Below are positions 20,801 through 32,900 of a stretch of DNA of 64,000 nucleotides, piece by piece. The DNA is taken from NCBI GenBank assembly GCA_965235115.1, contig OZ249436.1:45138001-45202000 (forward strand). The letters run 5' to 3'. This DNA is from Laetmonice hystrix. Its lineage: Eukaryota. The notes beneath the pieces were generated by a model. It was not told the DNA's origin. It did not search any database and saw only the letters and a program-made list of their open reading frames with translations. Position 1 is the first letter of the stretch. The number at the start of each line of letters is the position of its first letter. A program made the position numbers and the translations under genes.

Positions 20801-23800
20801 ACAGTGGGACTTACCTTGTATTGTTGGTATTTACAGTGGGACTTACCTTTTATTGTTGGTATTTACAGTGGGACTTACCTTGTATTGTTGGTATTTACAG
20901 TGGGACTTACCTTTTATTGTTGGTATTTACAGTGGGACTTAGCTGTATTGTTGGTATTTACAGTGGCACTTACCTTGTATTGTTGGTATTTACAGTGGGA
21001 CTTACCTTTTATTGTTGGTATTTACAGTGGGACTTACCTTGTATTGTTGGTATTTACAGTGGCACTTACCTTGTATTGTTGGTATTTACAGTGGGACTTA
21101 CCTTGTATTGTTGGTATTTACAGTGGGACTTGCCTTGTATTGTTGGTATTTACAGTGGGACTTACCTTGTATTGTTCATATTTACAGTGGGACTTACCTT
21201 GTATTGTTGGTATTTACAGTGGGACTTACCTTGTATTGTTGGTATTTACAGTGGGACTTACCTTGTATTGTTGGTATTTACAGTGGGACTTACCTTGAAA
21301 GAGAAACGTAAGAAGTTGGCCTCAAAGGTAAGATCAACGTTTCTATTTATTACAAAGCAATAGCTCTGAAAACATTAACTCCCATTATGCTTAGAACTTA
21401 TTGCTTCATATTTTTTTAACATACACAGTAAGGGAACCAGTGCATTTGATGGACGAGTGCATCATGACAGGATTTTTGTTTGTTTGCCTAGATCTGTATG
21501 AGATTAAATGTACTGAAAAAAATTCTGTTTTATAATTATAATTTAATCAGTGAATTAATCCGAGGGAAAGATTATCCAAGGGAATATTAATTTTTCTTTT
21601 TTAGCCAACAATGGCCAAGTTTGTCAGCACGGAGAAGGTCAGGGGGCATGACCCTATGACCTTTCCATCCCTTCACAAGGAAAGATTGGGTTCGTCAATG
21701 TCAGGCAGGCTGATCTACTATCCTAACCCTCTGCCCTACCCCGAGAATCTCCCCATTACACGTACCGTGAGTGCTTCTGGCCATGTTTATGTACTGAGGT
21801 TATATTATGTCACTGACAGGATTTGTAGGGTTCTTGGCAGATTTCTTGAAGAGTATTGCCACTTGAAAATAACTTGTAAAATCGAGAAAAATGAATTACG
21901 CAGTGATAATTATAGATCCTGCTTTGATTTTTTTGGAACAGAACCGTGAAAAAGAATATCCTCGCAAGTCTGAGTCCTTTGTGAATGAAGTAATCGGGGT
22001 GTCTGGCCCAGCAGAGCGTATTGCAGATCAACGTAATCTTCTAAATGAGACAAAGTTCACCTCGAGCCTTTTCCACTCCAAGCCAAGTCGCCGCTCACCA
22101 ACTTCAAGTGAGAGGAGGTTCCGACAAATGCTCTTAGGGGGCACTCCATCCTCCAAGAGTTCTGAGCCGTGAGTTTATGGTTCTTCACATAGAGAAAGAT
22201 GCCAGTTGTTTGAACCCTGCTCCTTGAACAGCATTCTCAGAACAAGTATACCTCCCTCTGAGACTGCCAGGGAGCTGAACTGTAAACTTGGTGGAAACTT
22301 ACTGGTAATTACCAGGACTGTAGTTTTGTGGGAGTTTGGTGGTATCAGGTATCCTGACCACATGGACTCGTGCACCTGACTTTTAATCCTTTGAGTCAAA
22401 GTAACTTCCTATTAGGGAGCGTAAGTACGTTACGATACAATGTGCGATTCAAGGAGAAATGTGGTTTGCAGGCCCAAACTGGCAACATACAAATTTACAA
22501 CATTTACAACCAAGTACAACATACAAAACACTCCCTATTGGTGTTACTTTGGTTGTTGTGGAGGCGTAAAACCTGATCCAAATTCAAAATCCATAGTTCT
22601 GTGGCAGTTTGTACAAAACTCAGTTACTGACATTATATTTTTGTCATGTATTGTCACTTGTAAAGTGTCGATTTTACAGTTGGTTGATTTTATATACGTA
22701 ATTTATTTGTTTATTAATGTTTCAAAACCACAGAATTAAGCCAGCGGAGCGGTTGAGAGGGACATTCCAGACAGCCAAAACGATGATGATGTTGTCAGGT
22801 ACGTTTCAACAATTTTGATCAGGATAGTTTTCTAGATAATGCCATTGGTACTCCTGTTTCAAATGTTGTATTTTTAAATCTTAGCATTTAATCAGAATAA
22901 CTGCCTATTTTATATATTAAAAACTTAACATCAGCAAAGATCATTACCGGTACATCTGCCAGTTCTGGACAACAGTAGTATTTCAGACATGAATGGTAGG
23001 CAGAAAATTACTGGTAATATTTCTTTAAAGTCAAAAAATACATTACAGACATGTTTATGATACCAACCTGGTGAGAGACATTTTACTAAACATTATCACA
23101 AGATTCTTGGAGTTCTAGCATTGGGAGCTTGACACTGCCATTTTCAGCCATTTTTATTCAATAATAATTTCTAGAGAAACAGCAGTAGTAAACTTGTACA
23201 GTGAACAGTACAGGACAGCACACTGGAGAAAACCACCATTTATTTATTTTCATAATTTCGCTTTTCCCACATATTGTTTGATGTGCAAAATATGCACAAA
23301 TTTGCATATTGACAGTTTGTTTAATATTGAATATTTCAAAGTGACTTCTGACGTAGTATTAATATTATTCACAGCATGTTTTGCAAAGTACAAAAAAAGT
23401 TACCTTTATTTCCAGAGGTGACACCTGCCACATGTTTTGTTTTAGAACAAGGTTTTCTTACATGCATTATGATTACATTTATACATATATTTAAGTAAAA
23501 CATGGTTTTTGTTACAGAAGAGTCGTAAAGGAGATAAGAGCATAGAAATAACTTAAATTATGGATCTTTTTGAATTTTGATACCACTTAATAATCAAATA
23601 TTGTTCACCATGATTTTAACTGTTGCTGTTTCTGTGTAGAGGAAGAAATCAACGGTGAGTAAGTTGGCGTACTCAACACATAAAGATTAATTGAATGTAC
23701 ACATAGAAATATTGGGTAGACGGGTACTAACAGAATAGTAGGATTTGTCACACCTCAGAGTATCTGCAAAGGCCATTAGTGGTACTTTCTTAACCGGATA

Positions 23801-26800
23801 GAATCAGTTTATTATTAGCATGAATGAAAGAATTTCGATAAATCAGGTGGTCATGTGCACCTGATTACAAATCAACTTTCCATAAGGGAGCATGAATTGG
23901 AGGTTGAGATGGTTCGTGCATCATTTATATGGGGTTTTGTTTTTAATAATCATTTTTAGTCCACAGTTATAAACATATTTGTTTTTTTTATTTCTGATTG
24001 TACACACAATTTTGTACTAATCCTGAGGATTGATAGTGTGTCGTATGTTGTGTGGCCTGAGTATACAAAAAGTGTTTTGTCTCGGACATGTCGGTGTATG
24101 GAGATGGTTTGCCAAAGTGCATTACTCTACCATTATTCTGGTTCTCTCTATCAATTCTTCATTAGCATAATCTGGCTCAACACAAATCAAGTCTTCCATG
24201 GGTCCCTCAAATGTATAATTATATTAACAAAAATCCAGTGGGAGAGTGGAAAAATATGCCATTTTAAAAACTAATCTATTTCAGAATCTGATGTTTTCTT
24301 GTGTATCCAGATTGGCAGTGTTTATTTTCTATAAGACAGAACCATTTTAATGGTTTGCAGTTCTATGCAGTGATGTGAAATGTTTCAGTGGTGATTATTA
24401 TGTTCCTACACAGGTGCTAACAAGTGGACTCTGATGAAGCCTAAGCCTGGCGCACTTCAACACTCGGGACTGAAATGGGAAAGAGTCAAGGTACCTGTAA
24501 CATACCTCAATTACTGTAGTGTTATCTTTTACGATGCAATTGTTATAACTGTTTGTTATACCATGATTGGTGCACGTACACCACACGTGGTATACGGGTT
24601 GACCTGATTTTAGAACTGGAACGATGCTTCTGATTGGACGACGTGCACTCCTATAGCCAATCAGATGCCTTACACATAGGGCTATGACGGGAATGGCGTT
24701 ATCGGGGCGTTAGGGGATAGACTAAATTACTCTAAAATGTGGATTGGATCATGGTATAAAGAGAGAACGTAACTTGGGTGTTCTACGGGAAGGCGTGACA
24801 ATTCTTGCATCACTTATGGCCTGTCGTTGTATACGAATCCAGCAAAAAACTCATGGGTCATAGTATATCCCGTACACTGCCCTTGTTATGTTCTATCTTA
24901 ATATCTTTTTTTATTTAGTGGATATACATTGAACTTGATAAGAACAACTTCATACAAGATTGAAGTGTAGCTTTATGGTATCTTTCTATGATACATAAAT
25001 GCACAAGCATGGTAATTATTTACAGTTTTGTATTTGACCTTGTTGTTTCAGAACATTGTGCGTGATGGCTTGGCGTCGTCACACACAGAGGAACGCGTGG
25101 ATGCCGTGCGACAGCTTGGTCACCTGAAGTGTGGCGACACTATGGTCATGTTTGCTCTCAAAGAGAGGCTCAAGTATGACGAATGTGACCGGGTCCAATA
25201 CGAAGCAGCCAAGTCCCTCGTACTTCTTGGTAAGACTAACTATTCCCTGTAGGACTGTTTGAAGGAGTCCAGAAAGGGGGTAGGGTTGCAGCTCCCCTAA
25301 AATTTAACCACTGTACCTGTACCTTGCATAATTGTCCACTTGGTGATGCAAGAGTTCCCCCTTTATAAAGATAATGATGGTTTAATAATGGATATTGGAG
25401 CTACTTATCCTTCCATCAAAGCATGACTTTATTTTCAACACTTTAATTTGTCATTTATAAATTTAACGTTTTTTTGTTAAAGATGAAAATTGAGAAATTA
25501 AAACACAGGCAAAATATACCAGACTTGCAGTATCTACTATAGAATAGAAGTAATACCTCAGGATGAATGAGATTTGCTTCACTGTGAACCGTAATAGTTA
25601 AGAAACGTCTGTTTCTGATGTGGACCTCCATTGCAGGATGTTGGGAAGAAGAGGTGGTTGCAACCCTTGTGAGATTTATGTTGAATGGAAACAGTGACAT
25701 CATAGCGGATGTCTTGACGACTTTAATCAACGGAAAAAATGTCCAATATGTCAATAAGGTAAGTTCTCTGGACTGAAAGTTGAGTGTTGAGTAAATGTTG
25801 AAGGGTTATTGAATAATTGATGCTGTTCGAAAGTTTTAAAACTCAAAATACACACTGTTCATTCACCTCTTTGAGAAAATTAAAATTTCGTCCCAATTTC
25901 TGAATCCCCCCCCCCCCCCCCCCCCCCCACGATTTGTCCCTTCGAGAAATTTCATATATTGGGTCATTTGCCTTTCTATATTTTCTAATTTACTTATTAG
26001 AAGGGCCTAAACAATGGGAAATGAATATATAAAGTTTAACACGGGGTAGCCGATCACTCTCCATTACTGTTGGTAAAGATATTGAGTAATTGGTAACTTT
26101 CTCTCGAGGGCAAATCCTATATGATATATATCATGTGGTTTTCTCAAAGAGGCGAATTTGTGGATTTGCCCTTTTGATAAAATTATATTTACCATATGGT
26201 ACTGGATTCGCCCTGACATTAATTAATTATCTCCATAATTAATTACAGAAGTTGTTAGATATTTTACGGAATAATAACACATACTTTGTTAGTCCTTTTT
26301 ACCACATCAGTTGAAATTCCAAAAAGAATCACGATTTGCCCCTTCGAGAAAATCATGATGTTTTCTATAAAGTAATGATGTGTCTATTGGTAAAAATTGC
26401 GTTTTCCTGCAGAGAATGCCGAGTTTTCCAGACTTATCCCAAGTTCTCAGTGAGTTATGCCAGTTTGAAGATGTCAACGACAAGATCTCGCTGGATGCAG
26501 CTGTCGCCCTTGGCAAGTTGTGTGTCGCTGATGAGAACGCCAAGTCTAAACTCCGTCAGGTTCTGGCACAGAGTTCCAGCACACACATAAAAGCACAGGT
26601 AAATGAGGCAGTGTATTAGAGCATGAATTGCGAATTTTAAACCATTTTATACCCAGTGTTGCCACCTATCCGGAATTATTCCGAAGCCTCTGGAATTTCA
26701 GGTCACCATTTCAAGTGGTCTGGAATCCAGAAAAAAACGTAGAAGTTCAAAAACCTTCAGAATTCCTGAAATTATGTCTGGGATCTCAGTATATTCCATG

Positions 26801-28877
26801 CTCAGACTTGGCATACCTTATTTCTGAATAAATTATCTCTTTGATTAATAAAAATGACAGTATTTTTGAGACATAATAAAAGATCTGTTTCTTAAAAATA
26901 CTTCTGGAGGATGTGTCTGCGAACAGGATGCAGCATCTGCAAATGGGTCAGGAATTTTTGGGTTCCCCAAGTTGGCAACACTGTATGTATATCTCAATTT
27001 CCAATGTTGGCAAATTGAAACGATTGAAACTCTATTTTGTACCTATAAACTTCAGGATATTAAAATCTGTTCTTTAGGCATTGGAGATCCTTGTGCGTCA
27101 GCTCAACTATCGTGGGTGGGATATGGTAGAGGCTCTGCTGGAACATGTCAAGGCCTCGCCTGTCTGGAAGTACAGGAGAAATGCTGCAAAACTTCTGATT
27201 ATCTTAGGTGAGCTGAATCTGTAATGGTAAACGTAGAGGAAGAAATCAAAAACCTCTTTTTCTTCTTAACTGCATAACCAACAATTCATAGGATATCCTA
27301 CCTTTCCTACTGTTTTTTTGTTAATACTAGTAGTACATGCAAGTATTTGTGCCTTCTTGGATTTGATCAGTTGATACATGTATCATTTTCTCCATCAAGG
27401 CAAAAAACATATCTGTTTGGACAACAAGGTGGAGGGAGTGTACGAACTATTGGACAAACGTCTTTGGGATGAACCTAACAAGGTAAGAGTTTAAACCAAA
27501 AATAATAAAAATTATTTTTAAAAAATAAAAATTGAAACTGAACTCATACTGCAGTAATATGGCCGACCAGGCACTTGACTTGTAAAAAAACTTCTTTAAG
27601 AAAGTGCAGCATTTAATTATTTAAATGTCAATATTATTTTTTATAAGCCAACAAACATCGTTCACTGGTGTTCTGAGAATACCGGCACGTTGTTGCCGAC
27701 CTTGTAAATCAGTCTAAATAAACAGAAATTTAAAAAAAAAGGAGCAAAAAGTGAAAATTAAGAAACGAAAATACAAATTTAACGAAAATGCTGTTTTGTT
27801 TATTCCCTCAGAACGTTCGCCAGGAAGTTGCTCGTGCTATGGCGGCTCTTGATATGTTTGCCCGAGCCTGTGAGCACTCAGAGAAGTAGGTACCAATTTT
27901 ATCCTTCCACTTGTAGTAACCTCGGTAAGCCAGATCATCACGATAGACGAGGTGATCTACATAAAGCAGGGGGCCTAGATAAGGAAGTTGGTTTATTATT
28001 GTTTACTTGCCCTCCACTCAGGCGCCTGGAGGACCCGCTGGAGGAGATCCGAGCCCAGGCAGTCATCTCGCTCGGAACCCTAGGAATGAAGAACGAACGC
28101 ATCCTACGTGTCCTTCTCGAGATGCTGGAGCTCGACTCCAGCGAGTATGTCCGACTCATGGTAAGGTCACCGTCCTTTGTGATTCAAGGCCAAGTAAAAG
28201 TCCATCTGAAAAATTACTGAAAAACGCTGGTAACCATGACAACATGATAAACAACACAGAAGACAGAAAAGTTTTGTGTTTGATTGTTTTAGATCATTCG
28301 AACCCTGGCCAATTTGAACGCCCAGGACAAGCGAGTACTGCGGGTACTGAGGGACAAGGAACGCGGAGAGGGGGCGCTTGCAAGGTCAGTCAAGGTCATA
28401 CCAGTCAATCAGGTCACCAGAGTCAGTCAGCTAGGCACAAGTCAGTCAACAGTTGGTGTCATGCAGTCAGTAAGGTCCCATCAGTCAGTTAGGTCACAAC
28501 CGTTATAGTCAGGTCCTAACGGTCAGTTAGCTCACAACAGTTCGTTTTATATGTTACATCAGTCAGCTAGTGGGTAATTTTACTTTCCCGCGAAATGTTT
28601 GGGTAGGGGTTAGGGTTAAGGTCAGGGATATAGGGATATGTTTTGGGGGGACCGGGGTTAGAGGTTAAAGGTCAGGAGTAGGAATTGTGATAATTCTTTT
28701 ATTTCCGACCAAACCGAGTGGGTTTAAAGTTACCATGAATTATATACCGTTAGTGATATGTAACAGGTAACCTTCAAATCCTGATTTGTGTATATATGTT
28801 TCAGGGAAGCAAGGAAAGCATTGGACTCGCTCAGTGCGACACGACCTACCACAAACAACGGCAGGAAACCGTCATAG
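14883..28877 (+). CDS. HEAT/ARM-repeat protein (HEATR4/HEATR9-like), about 1066 aa, with N-terminal coiled-coil and poly-Glu. Exons 14883-14889, 15267-15388, 15587-15733, 15967-16116, 16890-17131, 18135-18247, 18401-18647, 18926-19074, 19187-19348, 19733-19797, 19969-20098, 21284-21327, 21605-21766, 21942-22168, 22734-22798, 23640-23654, 24414-24490, 25052-25229, 25637-25758, 26413-26598, 27078-27207, 27400-27482, 27812-27885, 28022-28160, 28293-28384, 28805-28877
   Basis: All 26 exons have GT/AG ends and chain in phase to 3201 nt ending in TAG. C-terminal HEAT-like motifs: EERVDAVRQLGHL, VQYEAAKSLVLLG, ISLDAAVALGKL, RLEDPLEEIRAQAVISLGTLG, LELDSSEYVRLMIIRTLANL. The exact ortholog cannot be assigned without a search. 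Confidence 0.85.
17203..17973. mobile_element. Non-autonomous Tc1/mariner-pogo-like DNA transposon (771 bp)
   Basis: TA|cagtagaacctcac ... gtgaggttctactg|TA terminal inverted repeats, with subterminal gaccacct/gtggtcgta repeats. Confidence 0.88.
18483..18549 (+). repeat. Coding GAG trinucleotide repeat (poly-Glu)
   Basis: EEEEVEEEEEEEEGEEEEEEEE inside exon 18401-18647. Confidence 0.9.
20274..21297 (+). repeat. 32-bp minisatellite, about 32 copies, spanning a splice acceptor
   Basis: Unit ttgtattgttggtatttacag|tgggacttacc; the last copy supplies the acceptor and first 14 nt of exon 21284-21327. Confidence 0.95.
26654..26983. mobile_element. hAT-like MITE
   Basis: Termini cagtgttgcca ... tggcaacactg; TSD not preserved. 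Confidence 0.55.
28571..28749 (+). mobile_element. Short dispersed element with GGGTTA-rich core (family copy)
   Basis: Colinear with 37974-38179: actttcc.cgaaatgtttggg.aggggttagggttaaggtcagggata ... aagtta.catg...atataccg. Confidence 0.7.
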
Positions 28878-29991
28878 ATGTAGCACTCGAGAAGGACATT
28901 CATTTATTTTAGATCTATGTAGTGTAAATACATGGAAAGTCTTATAGATATATGTAGATCTAAGCGTAGGTCGAGCCGTCCTGCATCTATTCTACTCTGA
29001 AATACTCAGACATTTACGGCAGTGTCTTAGATACTTCAGAAAATGACCAAGGATTTCCGAGTGCATCGATTCATGGTTAGTAAGTCTGACCACTGCTGCT
29101 GTGATAGATAATCTGTATTCAAACCACTGTGATAAAAATCATTCCATATCATTCTCTGACTTCTGCCTATTTTATAACTGTGATATTTACTCTGTTGTTT
29201 TTAAAGTTTACAAGAGTTAAAGAGCTCATAAATGTAACTTTTTTTGTCTCTTTGTGCTGGATTTGGGAGACTTTACTTGAGTTGTTGTAGATGGAAGGAG
29301 TCAACCTATGCAGCCAAATACACGGCTTTATAGATTCCATCATCCATGTCATTATTTCCGTGTGAAATAAAAGCAGGGGAAAAATACAAATGTTCCTTCA
29401 TGTCATACGTACATTTTCTTTTTTTTTTTTAGTGTTTTTATATGCTTATGATGTCCCTCGCTGCCTGCTGTTTCTCTCGAGCCATAAACCTCTCACTCCC
29501 TCCAACAAAATTAAAATCTTCATTTATTATATATCCCCCAACTACTACATACTTTTGAACATAAGTTAAGTACTTTTTTTTAAAGATCATGTATACGGTA
29601 TCTTTATTTTATCCCCAGTTGACGGCTCTTATATCTTTAATTACTTTATTTCATCCCCACTTGACCTCTTTTACCTAGATAAGCCGTCTTTTCCCCCTGT
29701 ATCTGAATAGAAGTTTGGTCAGACTATAGACTAGTATGTACATAGAAATTCAGTTGCCACTTGGCGCTGCGATAGAAACGTTGGCAACAGGGAATCAAAG
29801 AACGTTCTGTGTTCTCAGGTAGAGTTATGTGGGTATAGAAGTCTGGTACCATTCATAGCCGTTAGATGGCGCCACCATTGATAATGCTGACTGGTCCCCT
29901 GCTCACTCCTCCCTCCTCTCTGATGGGAGTTGAGCAGGGAACCAGTCAGCTGATAATGATGCTCTCCAGGGTGGGAGGGCGCAACAGATCC

Positions 29992-32900
29992 ATGATGGCA
30001 GCGTCCAGAGTTGTGTTGTCGACTCGAAGGCTCTGTCATCGATATCAGTTATTCTTCTTTATAGTATTTTTTCTCGTTCTTATCCAAGCGTTTCTCGGAT
30101 ACAACTTCTATACCATCAACCAGCATGGCCAAAACCAGCTGCTGAGCGTGGAGCGACGCGTCAACCAGTTGGAGAGGGTACACGAAAGTTTCGGCCAGCC
30201 TGCGGTGAGTGTCGCCCGTGTTTGCCGTGTGGGTCGGAGCTCGGGTGGACGGGCCACCGTGGGACCGGGCTCCCGCTGCCCGTACCCCGGCCACCCGTCC
30301 CCGCTGGCCGCCCGACCGCGTCACGCCGTGCGGTAACCGATTACGGCAGCCAGACTGTGGGAGCCCTCTGCTAGGGGGTGGAGGGCAACATGAGAGGGCG
30401 TTTACTGAATGAGGAATTACAGCCACTCTGAACTGAATCATAGTGAATGCTATTGTATTGCTAATGCTGATATGGGGGGGGGGGGGGGGGAGAGACTAGT
30501 ATACTAGCTCGGCCTATGCCCATGGCCACGCCGTGGGCGTGGCAGTAGGCTATTGTCAGTCACAAGAAAAGTGACAGGTTATAGACTGCCTTTAACGTCT
30601 AGTTGTAAGCAGTAACGTCACAGGACCCTAATTCGCCGGCTACCCTAATTCGCCATGACGTAGCTTTTTCTGCAAATACTTGTCCTGTGTTGTAAAAAAT
30701 ATTTAGATATAGCATTCTACATAAAACAAACACATAGCTGAGATGTGCATGGATCCAGGATATCAATTTGGAAGGGGTAAGACTTGGAAAAGGGGGTACA
30801 ACAGTCCATTCAGGAAACTATGTAGAAAGTAAAATTTCAAGGGGGCCTGAGACCTGCTAGGTGTGCCCCTGCTTTCATTTTCAGCCACCCAGTCCACCCC
30901 TATGCCCTTGATCACCCCAATACCCCTGTCCCATCCCCTTATATATAACCTGGTACCAGAGTACCAAAATGCAAAAAAATTAAAATTGAAAATTAACCAT
31001 TTTTTTAAAACCTATGTCGAGGGGGGGGGGTTAATTAGTGTAATTAAAATGGCGAATTAGGGTACTGATCTTGCCAATTGGAGTAACCCTGACTGGAATA
31101 ATAACCCCTCCCTGGGATTCCCCCAGTAGGGCGTGGAATAACTTAGTTTTCCAATGAAACATCCCGGAAGATGGACAGCTTGTTTGAAACGGTTGCTTGA
31201 CATCATGACTTAAATAATAGTTCAATTATGAGTAAATATATCGTTTTTGGTGGCGAATTAGGGTCCTGTGACGTTATAGTTACATGAATGATGACCATCT
31301 ACTGCAGGTGAGGTAATAATAATATTGTCCTGGTGCAGTGGTGTGATGACCTGAAGATTGTGCCAGGGGGTCATGAGGGGAGGGGGGTAATAGCACCAAG
31401 TTTTCTAGCCTCTACTCCAGGTTTTAAAATTTTTGTTTATTTAACCTTATAAATTATCTACTCTACTCTTTGAAGACATAATTTTTTGGCAACCGTTTTT
31501 GTGGTGCTCTTAAAAAAATGAATAGGCTGGCCACAATTGCATAAGCTATATTTTTGAGAGCTTTAGTCAGCTGGAAAATTGATCTTCATCTCTTTATTCA
31601 CTGAAGGTCATGTATAGTGGGGAGTGCTGTCCTCTTGTTGTATGGAAAACAAATCCACAATTCTCAATAGTTTCCAGGGATATATCTGTAATGTTATATG
31701 TTATGGAAAATATTTTCGTATCCATGGCTACATGAGCTTTTGTTTCATATGCCCATTGTGTATGACATGGTCTGTGGTCACTAAACAGAGAAACTTTGAC
31801 ATGTAAAGATTGCATTTTACAAGTTCGCTAAAATAAACTCAAGTTAAGACTTTAACGAATTCCTAATTGTATCTAACCTGTGAACTGAACTACCCGAACC
31901 AATCAAATATTGGAAGGATCCATGCTCAGTGAAGCATGAGTGATAGAAGATAGATTTTGGTATAAACAGTTTGGGTGCAAACATTGGAGCCAGACAGTAA
32001 GTTTGACCTGGAAAGCTGACAACTAGTGATGGTTACAGACACGAGATTAGACATGTCTCTGGTCTCTGCCGAAGGATAGTGTCAGCACAATGTCATGGTC
32101 ACACACAACACACAGTGCAGGAGACTGGGAGACACACTGCTATAATTAGTTGATGCTACAGGCACATTATTTATTGGTGGGTAATTGGGGCTGTTAAAGA
32201 CTTTAATATTCCTTCTTGTTTCTCCCTAACCTATGTCCCTTACTGGGCACGTCTCTGACTCTTATTTCTTGCTGTCTGCAACTGCAAGAAATTCTAGGCA
32301 ATAAAGAAAGGTGCAAATTATATTCAGTTCTACATGTATAGACTCTGAAGATCTATAGATCGAATCAATGATACCTGGGTAAGTGCAAAATAGTGATCCA
32401 TTTCTAAAATTTGGTTCAGGATCCTGTCGTCTCACAAAACACTATAATGTTACAGAACGTTATTTTAGTTCTAAGCTAAAAGGCAAAACGTTTTGCAGCG
32501 TTCCTTGATGTTTTGTGACGTTACAATGCTGAACACACGCCACTGTAAAGTGAGGTAATGATATGTAAAAGCCTAAAAGGCTCCAGTTGGGCTTATACAG
32601 AATTATCCAAGAATCCACAGTAACAAGTACACAAATGTATGGCCTACATTATTTTTTTTTAAAGGCAGCAGCTGATGTATCGGGGCAATAATTGTCGGTT
32701 TCCAGTCACGCTACCAGCATCAGGGTGTGTGGGAAGTGGGCTGAAATGATGAAATAATTGCCGTGTAGCTCCTGGTAGCAATAAATGGGGAGTGAGGTTA
32801 GGTTGTAAATGGAGGGTGGCAGTGAACAGTCAGATCTTTAATACATGCCTGCAACCCTACATCCCGGTAATGTCAGGCCATTCGCGATTTGATATGATTC

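Noticed and set aside
20246..21363. 230-350 aa ORFs in three frames as independent genes
   Set aside because: They arise from a stop-free 32-bp repeat; only the terminal 44 nt is supported as exon.
28385..28568. Degenerate gtca-rich repeat starting at a HEAT-gene donor as another junction array
   Set aside because: Too degenerate to define a unit that includes exon sequence.
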